DNA of 32,000 bases from Candidatus Electrothrix sp. GW3-4 (GCF_037902255.1 NZ_CP147990.1:420001-452000), one strand, 5' to 3'. Counted from the first letter of the stretch, positions 16,539-25,896 are shown. Notes: generated by a model not told the origin, from the letters alone. Numbers and translations: made by a program.

Positions 16539-17268
16539 AATGATTTCTGAGGAGGTCGTTCGTATGAGGTTGTCTGTCGATCTGATTGCCGAGAAAGTCC
16601 AGCACCTTTTCCATGAGTTGATGCAGCGAGGCATAGATCTCCGCGTCGGCGGAAAGGATCGTCTGCTCATCCTGGATATATTGTCCAGGAACCAGTTCCT
16701 CCCGGCAATGGGTAATGATACTCCGCGCTGACTCCGGTGTGGTCTCTAAATGGCATTGTAGGCCAATGACCTTATTTCCTATCTGAAATGCCTGGTTTTT
16801 GCAAGCCTCGCTTTGGGCAAGATGGGTGGCACCCTCAGGGAGATCAAAGGTTTGTCCATGCCAGTGAAAGACTGTGGCTGAATCTGGAAAAGAGAACGTG
16901 TTTTTCCTTTGCTGGGGTAAGCCATGAATGGGAAACCAGCCGATTTCTTTTTCCCTGTTGGGAAAGATCTTGGAGCCCATTGCCGAGGCAATGAGTTGCG
17001 CGCCTAAGCAAATGCCGAGAACAGGCTTGTCACGTTGGATGAATTCCCGAATAAAGTTGAGCTCATTTTGCAACCAGGGATATTCATCCTGATCATTGAC
17101 GCTCATGGGGCCACCCATAATGATAAGGAAATCAACCTGGTCAGGAGCTGGCAGGATTGGCACTGCAAAGAACTTGGTGTTGGTGCTGGTGAAATTGTTC
17201 TTCTGCAACCAAGATTCTATAGAGCCCAGTCCTTCAAAGGGAACGTGCTGGAAGTAATGTGCTTTCAT
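16531..17268 (-). CDS. Class I glutamine amidotransferase (GMP-synthase-like GATase1 domain protein)
   Basis: 245 aa. Nucleophile elbow PVLGICLGAQLIA. Distal H..E in LQCHLETT. Confidence 0.8.
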   Translation of the reverse strand: MKAHYFQHVPFEGLGSIESWLQKNNFTSTNTKFFAVPILPAPDQVDFLIIMGGPMSVNDQDEYPWLQNELNFIREFIQRDKPVLGICLGAQLIASAMGSKIFPNREKEIGWFPIHGLPQQRKNTFSFPDSATVFHWHGQTFDLPEGATHLAQSEACKNQAFQIGNKVIGLQCHLETTPESARSIITHCREELVPGQYIQDEQTILSADAEIYASLHQLMEKVLDFLGNQIDRQPHTNDLLRNHYG

Positions 17269-17326
17269 GTCGTCTGATAACTGAAAGTGTTTGCTGGGTG
17301 AAATGGTGTGCTGTTAGGCCGGTGAA

Positions 17327-17796
17327 TTATACCTCGACCTCAATCTCTCCCTCCATAAATTTGACTGCCGAGCCAGAGGTCAGAACCCGATCTCCCTTGA
17401 GTTCGCAATACATCATACCACCTCGGGAAGAAAGCTGCCTGGCTGTGAGTTTGTTTTTTCCTAACTTCTCTGCCCAATAGGGTGTGAGTTGAGTAAAGGC
17501 TGATCCCGTCACGGGATCTTCAGGAACGTTGAGCTTCATGTTGAAAAGGACAAAGGCTGAGGCCAAGGTTGCGTGTCCGCAGAGCGTTACCTCATTATTT
17601 GGGGGGGTAGATCAGCGGATATGAAAGACCTGAGCTGTGGGGACAAAGAAGGCTGTTTCTGAGAGGTTGTTCTCTGCTGCGATGGCCTGCGCATCAGGGC
17701 ATCCTGTATCCACTCCTGAAGTGGGACAACAGCAGCAGGATTTCCTGTAAACGCGCTGTCAGCAAAGGCATCGATTTGGTAGATGGGGAGCTTCAT
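17327..17796 (-). pseudogene. PhzF-family isomerase remnant (frameshift, nonsense codon and large internal deletion)
   Basis: N-terminus MKLPIYQIDAFADSAFTGNPAAVVPLQEWIQDALM. The frame then shifts near 17689-17692 to AQAIAAENNLSETAFFVPTAQVFHIR. TGA at 17614-17612 sits where PhzF proteins have Trp. EVTLCGHATLASAFVLFN is joined directly to the C-terminal block NVPEDPVTGSAFTQLTPYWAEKLGK...GDRVLTSGSAV. Total is about 156 codons against about 260-300 expected. Confidence 0.8.
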
Positions 17797-17867
17797 AGAG
17801 TATCCTCTTACGGAGTGAAAGACGCGCCTGGCCTGCTATCGCTGCAAGAGGATGGGGCAGGCAGGAC

Positions 17868-18743
17868 TCATAGGCTCTCTTGCAAAAAGGCCAACTGATC
17901 GCTCACGATGGTGGTGAACATGGGCTCGAAGTAGGTTTGAAAATGGCCTGTTGCATATTGCTTCACCTCCAGGTTGGGGAATTTCTCACTGACAGCGATT
18001 GCGGGTTGGGCCGGGGTAGTGCGGTCCTGGCGTCCCACCTGGAGCAGGGCTGGCATGGTCAATTTGGGGAGGGTCCGAATGGGGGAATAGAGACCAACGA
18101 ACAGGGCAAAGCGGGCAGCGACCCGATGATTAAACGCAAGGCCCTGGGGGACCAGACGCATGTATCCCTCCCATTCACCGGGCCCATTCAAGATGGCCAG
18201 TTGGTGAGGCTGGGCACAGGCTGGGATGTAATGGGGTGTTTGTCCGAAAACGGCCCGTAGGAGGTCGTAGAGTCCGTGCATGGTGAGGAGGAAGACCTTG
18301 CTCATGCTATTCATCCGTATTGCGGTCAGGCCGCTGAGATGTGGTATCTGGGCAATAACAGCGGCCACATCAGGCGTTAACGAGGCAACCTTGAGAACAT
18401 GACCGCCACTGAAGGAGGTGCCCCATAAGACGATCTTGTTGGGATTGATATTGGGGAGCTGGCGACCGTATTCGAGGGCGGCCAGCCAATCCTGTAGTTG
18501 TCTGCCGATGTCCAGGAGCTGGCGTGGTTCTCCTTCGCTTTCTCCGAAATGACGATAGTCGAAGACCAGACAGGCATAACCGGCCTGGGCGAACTGTTCA
18601 GCATAGGCGGCAAGCCGCATTTCTTTGACAGCTGCTAGACCATGCGCCATGATGAGTAAGGGAAAGGGGCCGTTGCCTGACGGGGAAAAGAGCCAGCCCA
18701 CACAGTTGTTGCCCTGGGATGTAAAGCTGATTGTTTTCTTCAT
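17868..18743 (-). CDS. Alpha/beta-fold hydrolase
   Basis: 291 aa. Oxyanion region LLIMAHGL, nucleophile elbow GTSFSGG, C-terminal His in YATGHF. Confidence 0.8.
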   Translation of the reverse strand: MKKTISFTSQGNNCVGWLFSPSGNGPFPLLIMAHGLAAVKEMRLAAYAEQFAQAGYACLVFDYRHFGESEGEPRQLLDIGRQLQDWLAALEYGRQLPNINPNKIVLWGTSFSGGHVLKVASLTPDVAAVIAQIPHLSGLTAIRMNSMSKVFLLTMHGLYDLLRAVFGQTPHYIPACAQPHQLAILNGPGEWEGYMRLVPQGLAFNHRVAARFALFVGLYSPIRTLPKLTMPALLQVGRQDRTTPAQPAIAVSEKFPNLEVKQYATGHFQTYFEPMFTTIVSDQLAFLQESL

Positions 18744-18769
18744 ATCATCTCTCCTCTTTTATTGTTTCT

Positions 18770-19140
18770 TCATCCAGGGGAAAAACATCGGCACCTCTTT
18801 CTTACTTTCTTAGACGGGATGTAGTCTTTGCCCAGGCGCCTTGCCAGTTCTGGTTCTCCAACCTTCTTCAGTATCCAGATGTTAAGGATGAAGAAGAAGG
18901 GGATAAAGAGAAAGAACAGGGAGAGGAAACCGAGGGCAATGCCCAGGCCGAAGAGTTGGAGGAAGATGCCTGTGAGCATGGGGTTACAGGCGAATCGATA
19001 GGGACTAGGGTTTCCCGGACCCGTAAGAAATAAAAGGTGGAAAGCATCATCAGGTAAAAACCAAAGGCGATAAGGCAACTGCCGATGATGAGGCTGATGA
19101 TCCCAGATAGTTTCTTGAGGAACTTAAAGATTCCTCTCAA
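18770..19140 (-). pseudogene. Probable degraded ICMT/PEMT-family membrane methyltransferase
   Basis: The C-terminal frame (18770-19078) has YRFACNPMLTG (compare YRxxRNPMYxG) and EPELARRLGKDYIPSKKV (compare EExxLxxxFGxxYxxYxxxV). The TM-rich N-terminus (MRGIFKFLKKLSGIISLIIGSCLIAFGFYLMM) is in another frame (18868-19140). The LVTxG segment appears to be missing. Confidence 0.4.
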
Positions 19141-19702
19141 GAATTATCTTATTGATGAGTAGGTTCCAGGTAACAGGAATATCGACGAGTTGAAAGCCAA
19201 CAGCGAGGGATCCGTCCCTTACCTTTCTCCATTTAGAATGCGCAATCAACTTATAATGCATTGAATCAAAAAGGCTAGAAATGATAACCGTAAATTTTTC
19301 CTCCTGGATCGAAGAAAATTCTGTAGGTAGATCGTTGAGCTGGATGCCTTCACGTGATACATCCTGAACATACGCGGTGTACGCAAGACCACCTTGGATG
19401 ATATCTGCTGTATAGCCCTCTAGCTCTGCTCTTGGATGTAGTCGTTGTTCTGTGTTTTCACAAGCGGCATCTGATAATGTCATGTTTTTTGAACTCGTCA
19501 GATAATCATTATCTGGGCGGAGGATAAACTTATTTGCCCTTAATTCGTCAGAATCAGGGGCCATATCCATCAGTTTTTCATATGTATTATACAGCGCAAG
19601 GAATGATTTTTCTGAAACGTTTAATGATCCGTTTTGCACAAATTTTTCTATCAGTTGAAGAGATTTTTCAAAGGCGTATACTTGCTCCTTGCATGCTGTC
19701 AT
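19124..19702 (-). CDS. PilZ-domain protein
   Basis: 192 aa, AT-rich. RLHPR (RxxxR) is followed 24 aa later by DVSREG (DxSxxG). Confidence 0.6.
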   Translation of the reverse strand: MTACKEQVYAFEKSLQLIEKFVQNGSLNVSEKSFLALYNTYEKLMDMAPDSDELRANKFILRPDNDYLTSSKNMTLSDAACENTEQRLHPRAELEGYTADIIQGGLAYTAYVQDVSREGIQLNDLPTEFSSIQEEKFTVIISSLFDSMHYKLIAHSKWRKVRDGSLAVGFQLVDIPVTWNLLINKIILERNL

Positions 19703-20257
19703 TATAAAGGCCCTCTTTTTGATTTTTTACCGATAAGTCGGAAGGTTACTTCTTGTTTTAGCCTCTCTTTTATTGCAATATCTCGGGCAATGTGCAAATT
19801 TTTGACAAGCTGTACAGCAATTTATACTTTCAACGTCGATAAAATACAATAACAATAAAAAGGTGAGGAAAAGGGGAGGGGGTAATACGAAAAACACTCA
19901 ACCTAAAGAGCAGCAAGAAGTACCCTTCAAGGTATCACAAGCCAAAATCATACCCTGTAGTGAAGCTGGTTGCAGGGTGGCGGCAGGCATGATAAAAAAA
20001 GGGGATGCCTTTTTCAGAGGGGTGTTCCCTTTCTTGCTGTCCGCATCAGCGTGGAAAACCTCAGCTCCTCTCAAGACCTACCGTTTCTATGCTGCTGGAG
20101 GAATTTGTGCCGCTGGTATCGCTGGATATTGACTTTTCTCCTCCTTTATGTTCAGCTAAAAAGATAAAGTCGAGCTCTTTTTTTGCTTAAGCTTGATATG
20201 TTGAAGACGATACGTTGAATACAATAGCTATAATAGGCCGCCAAAGGATGAGATGCA

Positions 20258-20692
20258 ATGAACGAGTACCGTCAAGCCCACAGTGTCGCTCTCTATGATG
20301 CTGGCGTCACGATAACCAACCTCACCGTGCAAAAGAGAGAGGGGAATGAGGGATATCCCTTGGCAACAGGAACGCCTCCGGGAAGTTTCCGCATCCCGGA
20401 AAATGACCTGAGTGCTCTGAAGAGTGAGTTTAAGACTAAGCAGGTAAAATCCCTTCCTATGGGAAGGAGGCAAGGCGGGACCCTTAATTTTCATAAAACG
20501 CTTTCCTCGTATAATGAGTCCTTGGACGAGGACTCACGGGTGAAAAATCTCCTCATACGGGTCGATGGCCCGCAACTCCTTTCCATTCAGGTCGTTGAAG
20601 AGCAGCGCCATGCTGAAGGAAAGCATACCGAGACCAGGGAAATAGCCTATTGCGGTTTTTTTGCCATAGAATGGGCAACGCCAGAGATCTGA
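20258..20692 (+). CDS. Hypothetical protein (144 aa), possibly co-transcribed with aat
   Basis: AAGGA about 10 nt before the ATG. Perfect TATAAT at 20229-20234. The stop is 18 nt before the aat start. No motif recognised. Confidence 0.4.
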   Translation: MNEYRQAHSVALYDAGVTITNLTVQKREGNEGYPLATGTPPGSFRIPENDLSALKSEFKTKQVKSLPMGRRQGGTLNFHKTLSSYNESLDEDSRVKNLLIRVDGPQLLSIQVVEEQRHAEGKHTETREIAYCGFFAIEWATPEI

Positions 20693-20712
20693 TCTGAGTT
20701 CGCCCTGCCTTT

Positions 20713-21471
20713 ATGCCCATTTTTCGCCTTCCTGAGGAAATCATCTTTCCCGATCCCCAGCTTGCTGAGCCGGATGGCTTGCTCGCTGTAGGGGGTGATC
20801 TTGCCCCTGGCCGCATCCTTGCTGCCTATCAGCAGGGCATTTTTCCCTGGTATTCTGATGGTGAACCCATCCTGTGGTGGTCGCCTGCACCGCGACTGGT
20901 CCTCCTCCCTGAAGAATTTCATCTCCCCAAACGGCTTGCCCGCACGATGCGACAAAATATTTTTGAGGTCCGGGCAGACACGGCCTTTGCCAAGGTTATT
21001 GCCTCCTGTGCTGCTGTACGTCGGGATGCCGGTGAGGGAACCTGGATCACCGAGGAAATGCAGGAGGCCTATATTGCTCTGCACGAGTTGGGCTTTGCCC
21101 ATTCCCTGGAATCCTGGCATGAAGGCGAGCTGGTGGGGGGGCTGTACGGTGTCTGTCTGGACCGGATTTTCTTTGGGGAATCTATGTTCAGTTGCAGGAA
21201 CGATGCCTCAAAGGTTGCCTTTGCAACCTTTATGGAGAATGCAGAGCAACTGCACATCCGGGCTGTGGATTGCCAGATGACCACAAAGCATCTGCTTCGT
21301 TTTGGCAGTCGGGAAAGAAGCCGCGAGGAATTTGATGAGCTTCTGGAGCAATTTATTCAGCAGATCGTGCCTCAGCAGCCCTGGCGGCTTGCTGGACAGG
21401 CGCAGTCCCAGCCACCTACTGCTCAAAGTCAAAGGAATAGCGTAGGTCCGAGCGGTCCAGATGGCGGATGA
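20713..21471 (+). CDS. aat: Leucyl/phenylalanyl-tRNA--protein transferase
   Basis: 252 aa. Characteristic FPDPQLAEPDGLLAVGGDL, AYQQGIFPWY, ILWWSPAPR and GESMFS motifs. Confidence 0.9.
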   Translation: MPIFRLPEEIIFPDPQLAEPDGLLAVGGDLAPGRILAAYQQGIFPWYSDGEPILWWSPAPRLVLLPEEFHLPKRLARTMRQNIFEVRADTAFAKVIASCAAVRRDAGEGTWITEEMQEAYIALHELGFAHSLESWHEGELVGGLYGVCLDRIFFGESMFSCRNDASKVAFATFMENAEQLHIRAVDCQMTTKHLLRFGSRERSREEFDELLEQFIQQIVPQQPWRLAGQAQSQPPTAQSQRNSVGPSGPDGG

Positions 21472-23518
21472 TCCTTTTTAAGCCCTGGAGATTTATCACG
21501 GTAAAGCGCACTTCCCAGGAGGGAACCGCCGTGGATTTATTGCCGGTTCTCAGTACATTCGTGACCTGCAGGGCCTCTGGAGCAAGGGAGATGAGTTTAA
21601 AAACTCGTTTTGCTGTCGCTGACAGGATATTGATCTTCTGCTCTTTTTTGACCGGGGTGGCAGAGAAACGCCAGCGAACTTCCACCACATCCTCTCGTTG
21701 AAATTTCAGTTTTTTTAACTGAAAGCAATCCTTACAGTGGAGAGAGATTCCCCGCCTGCTGAGCAGGCCCACGCTGCCCTTATCAAGGGGGGTCGGTTTG
21801 CAGCAGGCTGATGACTTGACCACCACCGGGTCAACCGTGGTTAACTCGATTCGGTTCAGGATGCCGGTGGGTTGGGGTAGAATCTCGCTGCTCCGCATCT
21901 GCAGGCCGTTGCGGATCTCATAGATCAGCTCCCGCAGGCGCAGCTGGCCCTGGCCCACCTCCTGGAGAAGCTCTTCCTGGGAGGCAAGGTTGAAGTAGAT
22001 CAGGATGTTCTCCATGCCCTGCTGCTCAAGCAGATCGTAGGAAAGGCCGTAGCGCCGCATCTCCTGTTCCAGGACAGCACGACCGGTTTCCACGGACACG
22101 GCCTGGATCCGTTTGCGAAAGACCTTAGTGAGTTCGCTTCTTGCCCTTGGGGTCTGGCAGCAATGTTGCATGCTCAGGTCAAAATTTACCGGTTGGTTCC
22201 TGCGAAGAATCCTGACCACATTGCCATCACGCAAGATCTGATCCGGTTCAACTTTTCGATCCCCGATAATCGCCCCTGTACAGGTATGGCCGATATCTGT
22301 GTGGATACGAAAGGCGAAATCAAGGACCACGGAGTTCACTGGCAGGCAGATGAGATCACCCTGAGGGGTATAGGTATAGATCTCCTTGCGACCACCAGCC
22401 GCAATCATATCCCGGTAGGAAACCGCCTCGTTATTGCCGAGGATGTCGAACATCTCTTGGATCTCACGGATAAAACGACCCTGTTTTTTCTCGTTGGGAT
22501 TCCAGTCCTTGACCAGACCGCGCTGGGCGCGGCGGGCCATATCTTCGGTGCGAATCTTAAAGAGATATTTATTGCCTTCAATAATGGCCCGGGCATGCAG
22601 GCCCTGATAGCCAGTGGGCTTGGGGTTGGCGATAAAGTCGCGGATGGTACGGGGAATAGGAGGATAGAGTTCGTTGACGAACCCCAGCGCCTGATAGCAG
22701 CTGGCCCTTTGCTGCACGGTGATCAGAATTTCCTGGGGCACTTCCAGTGCTTTTTTAAGGAGTTGATTCCTGACATCGTAATAGCCCCAGAGTCCTTTGG
22801 TGCGCACGGATATCTGGGCCTTAAGCCCTGCGGCAGACAGGCCTTTGTTCAGGTTGCTTGTCAGGGTAACCAGATCAGGATTCTTTTCCAGTCGGTTGAT
22901 ATGCTGCCGGAGCTTTTGTCCCTGTTTGGGGAATTTGTAGGAAAGGGCCCGGGTGTAGAGCTCCCGTTTCAGGGCGAAGAGGCCTAGGATGGTGGCCAGG
23001 GGGGCGTAGAAATCCAGGGTTTCTTCGGCAATGCGTTGGCGTTTATGGCGGGGCATGGAGCCGAGGGTGCGCAGGTTATGCATCCGATCCGCCAGCTTGA
23101 CCACCATGACCTCTGGTCGGACCGCTGCGCCGGTGAAGAGTTTGCGATGAACGAGTTTTTTCAGGGCCTGCTTATCGCCGCTATGGTGTTTGACCTTGGT
23201 GCAGCCGACCACAATGGCCTCCACATTGGGGCCGAATTTTTCCCGGATCACCTCCGGGGTGATGTCTTCCACATCCTCAATGGTATCATGGAGCAGGCCA
23301 GCAGCCAGGATTTCGCAGTTATGGACATCCATCTCTTCAGCCAGGATGCGTGCTGTGGCACAGGGATGGATGATGTACGGGTCGCCGGATTTGCGCATCT
23401 GCCCGTCATGGGCGGCAAAGGCAAAGTCCAGGGCCTCATAGAAGACCGAGGTCTCGGCTCCTGTGCCTATGAACGCTGCCATTTCCAGTCGATACTTTTC
23501 CAGGTTACACTGCCCCAT
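21416..23518 (-). CDS. rel: Bifunctional (p)ppGpp synthetase/hydrolase (RelA/SpoT homologue)
   Basis: 700 aa. HD hydrolase domain (HDTIEDV), RelA_SpoT synthetase region (GYQGLHARAI), TGS domain (IYTYTPQGDLICLPVNSVVLDFAFRIHTDIG) and an ACT-like C-terminus. Confidence 0.95.
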   Translation of the reverse strand: MGQCNLEKYRLEMAAFIGTGAETSVFYEALDFAFAAHDGQMRKSGDPYIIHPCATARILAEEMDVHNCEILAAGLLHDTIEDVEDITPEVIREKFGPNVEAIVVGCTKVKHHSGDKQALKKLVHRKLFTGAAVRPEVMVVKLADRMHNLRTLGSMPRHKRQRIAEETLDFYAPLATILGLFALKRELYTRALSYKFPKQGQKLRQHINRLEKNPDLVTLTSNLNKGLSAAGLKAQISVRTKGLWGYYDVRNQLLKKALEVPQEILITVQQRASCYQALGFVNELYPPIPRTIRDFIANPKPTGYQGLHARAIIEGNKYLFKIRTEDMARRAQRGLVKDWNPNEKKQGRFIREIQEMFDILGNNEAVSYRDMIAAGGRKEIYTYTPQGDLICLPVNSVVLDFAFRIHTDIGHTCTGAIIGDRKVEPDQILRDGNVVRILRRNQPVNFDLSMQHCCQTPRARSELTKVFRKRIQAVSVETGRAVLEQEMRRYGLSYDLLEQQGMENILIYFNLASQEELLQEVGQGQLRLRELIYEIRNGLQMRSSEILPQPTGILNRIELTTVDPVVVKSSACCKPTPLDKGSVGLLSRRGISLHCKDCFQLKKLKFQREDVVEVRWRFSATPVKKEQKINILSATAKRVFKLISLAPEALQVTNVLRTGNKSTAVPSWEVRFTVINLQGLKRIIRHLDRSDLRYSFDFEQ

Positions 23519-23673
23519 ATCTTTTTCCTATACTTAGACGTTGCTTTTTATTTATCAAAAAGTAATGTACACTACTCTTCAGGATAAGCAAACTAAGATA
23601 ACTGAAGTAACTATGGAGAAAATCTGTTCTGACCGATCTGGAAAATAACGGATCAAGGAAAAACAGAAGAGGA

Positions 23674-25896
23674 ATGACAAAAAAAAAACATAGAGGTCGA
23701 AGCAAGAAGGAACACTTCCCTCGAACACAGCAGCACCACGACAAAGAACACTCCCTGAGCACGACCCTGCTCTCCTTTTTCCAGAAACAGACAAAGCCTG
23801 TCTCGCTGGATACAATCATTAACGAGCTGGCTCCTGCCCAGCCTTCTCGAAAACTCCTTAAGGAAACACTCGCCAGCCTAGAAAAAAAGGGCAAGCTGCG
23901 GCGGCGCAGACAAGGCTGGATGCTTGCGGAACAAAGGAAGACCGTCCGCGCGACCCTGTCCCTGACCGCGAAGGGCTTTGGTTTTGCCGTGCTTGAGGGC
24001 AATGTTGCCCGCCAGCAGAAGGATATTTTTATTCCTGCCTCGGCCCTGAACGGGGCAACCCACGGTGATACGGTGCTGGTGCAGCCCAGTGGTTCGCCCA
24101 AACGGCCGGAGGGCGAGGTGGTGGAGGTGGAGAAAAGGGCCTTTACCCATGTCTGTGGGGTCTACATGAGTGGGAAGAATAGCGGTTATGTGACCCCGGA
24201 TCAGGATAAGCTGCCCTTCAGTATTCAGGTTCGGCGCAATGATGCCATGGATGCCGATGATGGGATGGCGGTGCGGGTGGAGATCCTTGATTATGGTGCC
24301 AAACAACGGCTGCCAGTGGGCAGGGTTGTGGAGATCCTCGGACCAGTGGATTCGGTCCAGGTGCAGATCCGTATGGCTGTGGAGCAGTTTCAGCTGCCCC
24401 GTTCTTTTCCTCAGCATGTGGAACAGGCCGCAGCAGCCTTAGTACCGCTGACCGAGCCAGAGCCGGGCCGAAAAGACCTGCGATATCTTCGCCATGTCAC
24501 CATTGACGGGGCCACGGCTAAGGATTTTGACGATGCCATTGCCGTTCAGAAGACCAAGAAGGGCTTTCGTCTCTTTGTCTCTATTGCCGATGTCAGCCAT
24601 TATGTGCGACCGGGCTCTGCCATTGATCAGGAGGCCTATCAGCGCGGGACCAGCGTCTACCTGCCGGATCTGGTCTTGCCCATGCTGCCCGAGCGGCTCT
24701 CTAATGACCTCTGTTCCCTGGTCCCTGACCAGGACCGCCCTGCCTTTACTGCCATCCTGGAGTTTGACCAACAGGGGCGACGAATCGGGGCCAAATTTAC
24801 CCGGAGCCTGATCCGCAGTTATCAGCGTTTTACCTATGACACGGTTCATCAGGCTATCTATCTCCGTGAGCAGGAGGCCCGTCGGCAACATAAGTCTCTG
24901 TTACCCATGCTGGAAAAGGCCAAGGAGCTCGCTGCCCTGCTTCAGGGCCAGCGTATGGAGCGCGGCGCACTGGGCTTTACTGTGCCGGAGAGTAATATCC
25001 AGCTTGAGGGGGATAGGGTCTGTTCCATCTCTCGCCTGAAACGGAATCAGGCCCATCTCTTGATTGAGGAATTCATGCTGGCTGCCAACGAGGCCGTGGG
25101 CGCGACCCTGGATCAGGCCGGGGCCTCGGTCCTGTTCCGGGTCCATGAGGAACCGGATGGAGACAAGGTTAAGGATTTTGCCGAGCTGGCCTGGTCCCTG
25201 GGGCTCAAGCTTCCCAAGACCGAGCTCACGCCTTCCTGGTTTGCCGGGGCCCTGGAGCTCTCCAAGGATTCTCCCACAGAATATGTGGTCAATAATCTTC
25301 TCCTCCGTACTATGCAGCGGGCCAGATACACCCCGACGAATTACGGCCATTTTGGCCTGGCTGCGGAGTACTATATCCATTTCACCTCACCCATCCGGCG
25401 TTACCCGGATCTGGTAGCCCACCGGGTCATGCAGCATCTGCTGCTCAGGAAATCCGGGGAAAAAACAGGTAAAGCAGCTCGCAGCAATAAAGGAACGCGG
25501 GGAAAGATCCTGCCTGATGGAGTAACTCTGGAGGCAGCAGGGACCTTTCTCTCGGCCCGCGAACGGGTTGCCGTGGAAGCGGAGCGAGATGTCCAGGCCC
25601 GCCTTGCTGCCCTCTACCTCCGTGATAAGGTGACCGGGCAGTTTGAGGCCATCATCTCCGGTGTGACCTCCTTTGGTCTTTTTGTGGAGCTGGTTGATTG
25701 CCTGATCAGCGGGGCTATTCCGGTCAATGAGATGGAGGATGATTATTACCATTATGACAGCAAGGGCCATAAACTGGTGGGTGAGCGGACAGGCCGGGTC
25801 CATCGTCTGGGTGACCTGGTGCGGGTCCAGCTTGATCAGGTTGACATGCTGAGCAGAAAAATTACCTTTTCCCTGGTTGGCAAGGGAGGAGAATAA
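23674..25896 (+). CDS. rnr: Ribonuclease R (RNase II/VacB family 3'-5' exoribonuclease)
   Basis: 740 aa. RNB catalytic motifs (DGATAKDFDDAIAV, HFGLAAEYYIHFTSPIRRYPDLVAHR), cold-shock-like N-terminal domains and a C-terminal S1 domain (FEAIISGVTSFGLFVEL). Confidence 0.95.
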   Translation: MTKKKHRGRSKKEHFPRTQQHHDKEHSLSTTLLSFFQKQTKPVSLDTIINELAPAQPSRKLLKETLASLEKKGKLRRRRQGWMLAEQRKTVRATLSLTAKGFGFAVLEGNVARQQKDIFIPASALNGATHGDTVLVQPSGSPKRPEGEVVEVEKRAFTHVCGVYMSGKNSGYVTPDQDKLPFSIQVRRNDAMDADDGMAVRVEILDYGAKQRLPVGRVVEILGPVDSVQVQIRMAVEQFQLPRSFPQHVEQAAAALVPLTEPEPGRKDLRYLRHVTIDGATAKDFDDAIAVQKTKKGFRLFVSIADVSHYVRPGSAIDQEAYQRGTSVYLPDLVLPMLPERLSNDLCSLVPDQDRPAFTAILEFDQQGRRIGAKFTRSLIRSYQRFTYDTVHQAIYLREQEARRQHKSLLPMLEKAKELAALLQGQRMERGALGFTVPESNIQLEGDRVCSISRLKRNQAHLLIEEFMLAANEAVGATLDQAGASVLFRVHEEPDGDKVKDFAELAWSLGLKLPKTELTPSWFAGALELSKDSPTEYVVNNLLLRTMQRARYTPTNYGHFGLAAEYYIHFTSPIRRYPDLVAHRVMQHLLLRKSGEKTGKAARSNKGTRGKILPDGVTLEAAGTFLSARERVAVEAERDVQARLAALYLRDKVTGQFEAIISGVTSFGLFVELVDCLISGAIPVNEMEDDYYHYDSKGHKLVGERTGRVHRLGDLVRVQLDQVDMLSRKITFSLVGKGGE

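Noticed and set aside
16539-16670. 44-aa N-terminal extension of the AEC transporter ORF
   Set aside because: It overlaps the GATase coding region and is Arg/Ser-rich. The hydrophobic AEC N-terminus begins at the ATG at 16538.
19703-20257. Replication origin at the strand switch
   Set aside because: I found no cluster of DnaA boxes (only weak partial matches such as TGGATAT and TGGAAAA), no long AT-rich unwinding repeats, and no dnaA or dnaN nearby.
20366-20380. Sigma54-like TGGCA-N9-GC match
   Set aside because: Only the GG/GC dinucleotides fit and the TTGC element is absent. The site lies inside the 144-aa ORF.
19860-20700. Known structured RNA (tmRNA, RNase P, SRP, 6S)
   Set aside because: I looked on both strands for hallmark motifs (GAGGAAAGUCC, T-arm GGTTCGA, the tag reading frame, the SRP GGAA loop) and found none. 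One 9-bp complementarity (19911-19919 with 20031-20039) is within chance expectation.
22163-22987. 274-aa plus-strand ORF
   Set aside because: It lies antisense to the rel/spoT gene and is a typical high-GC shadow frame.
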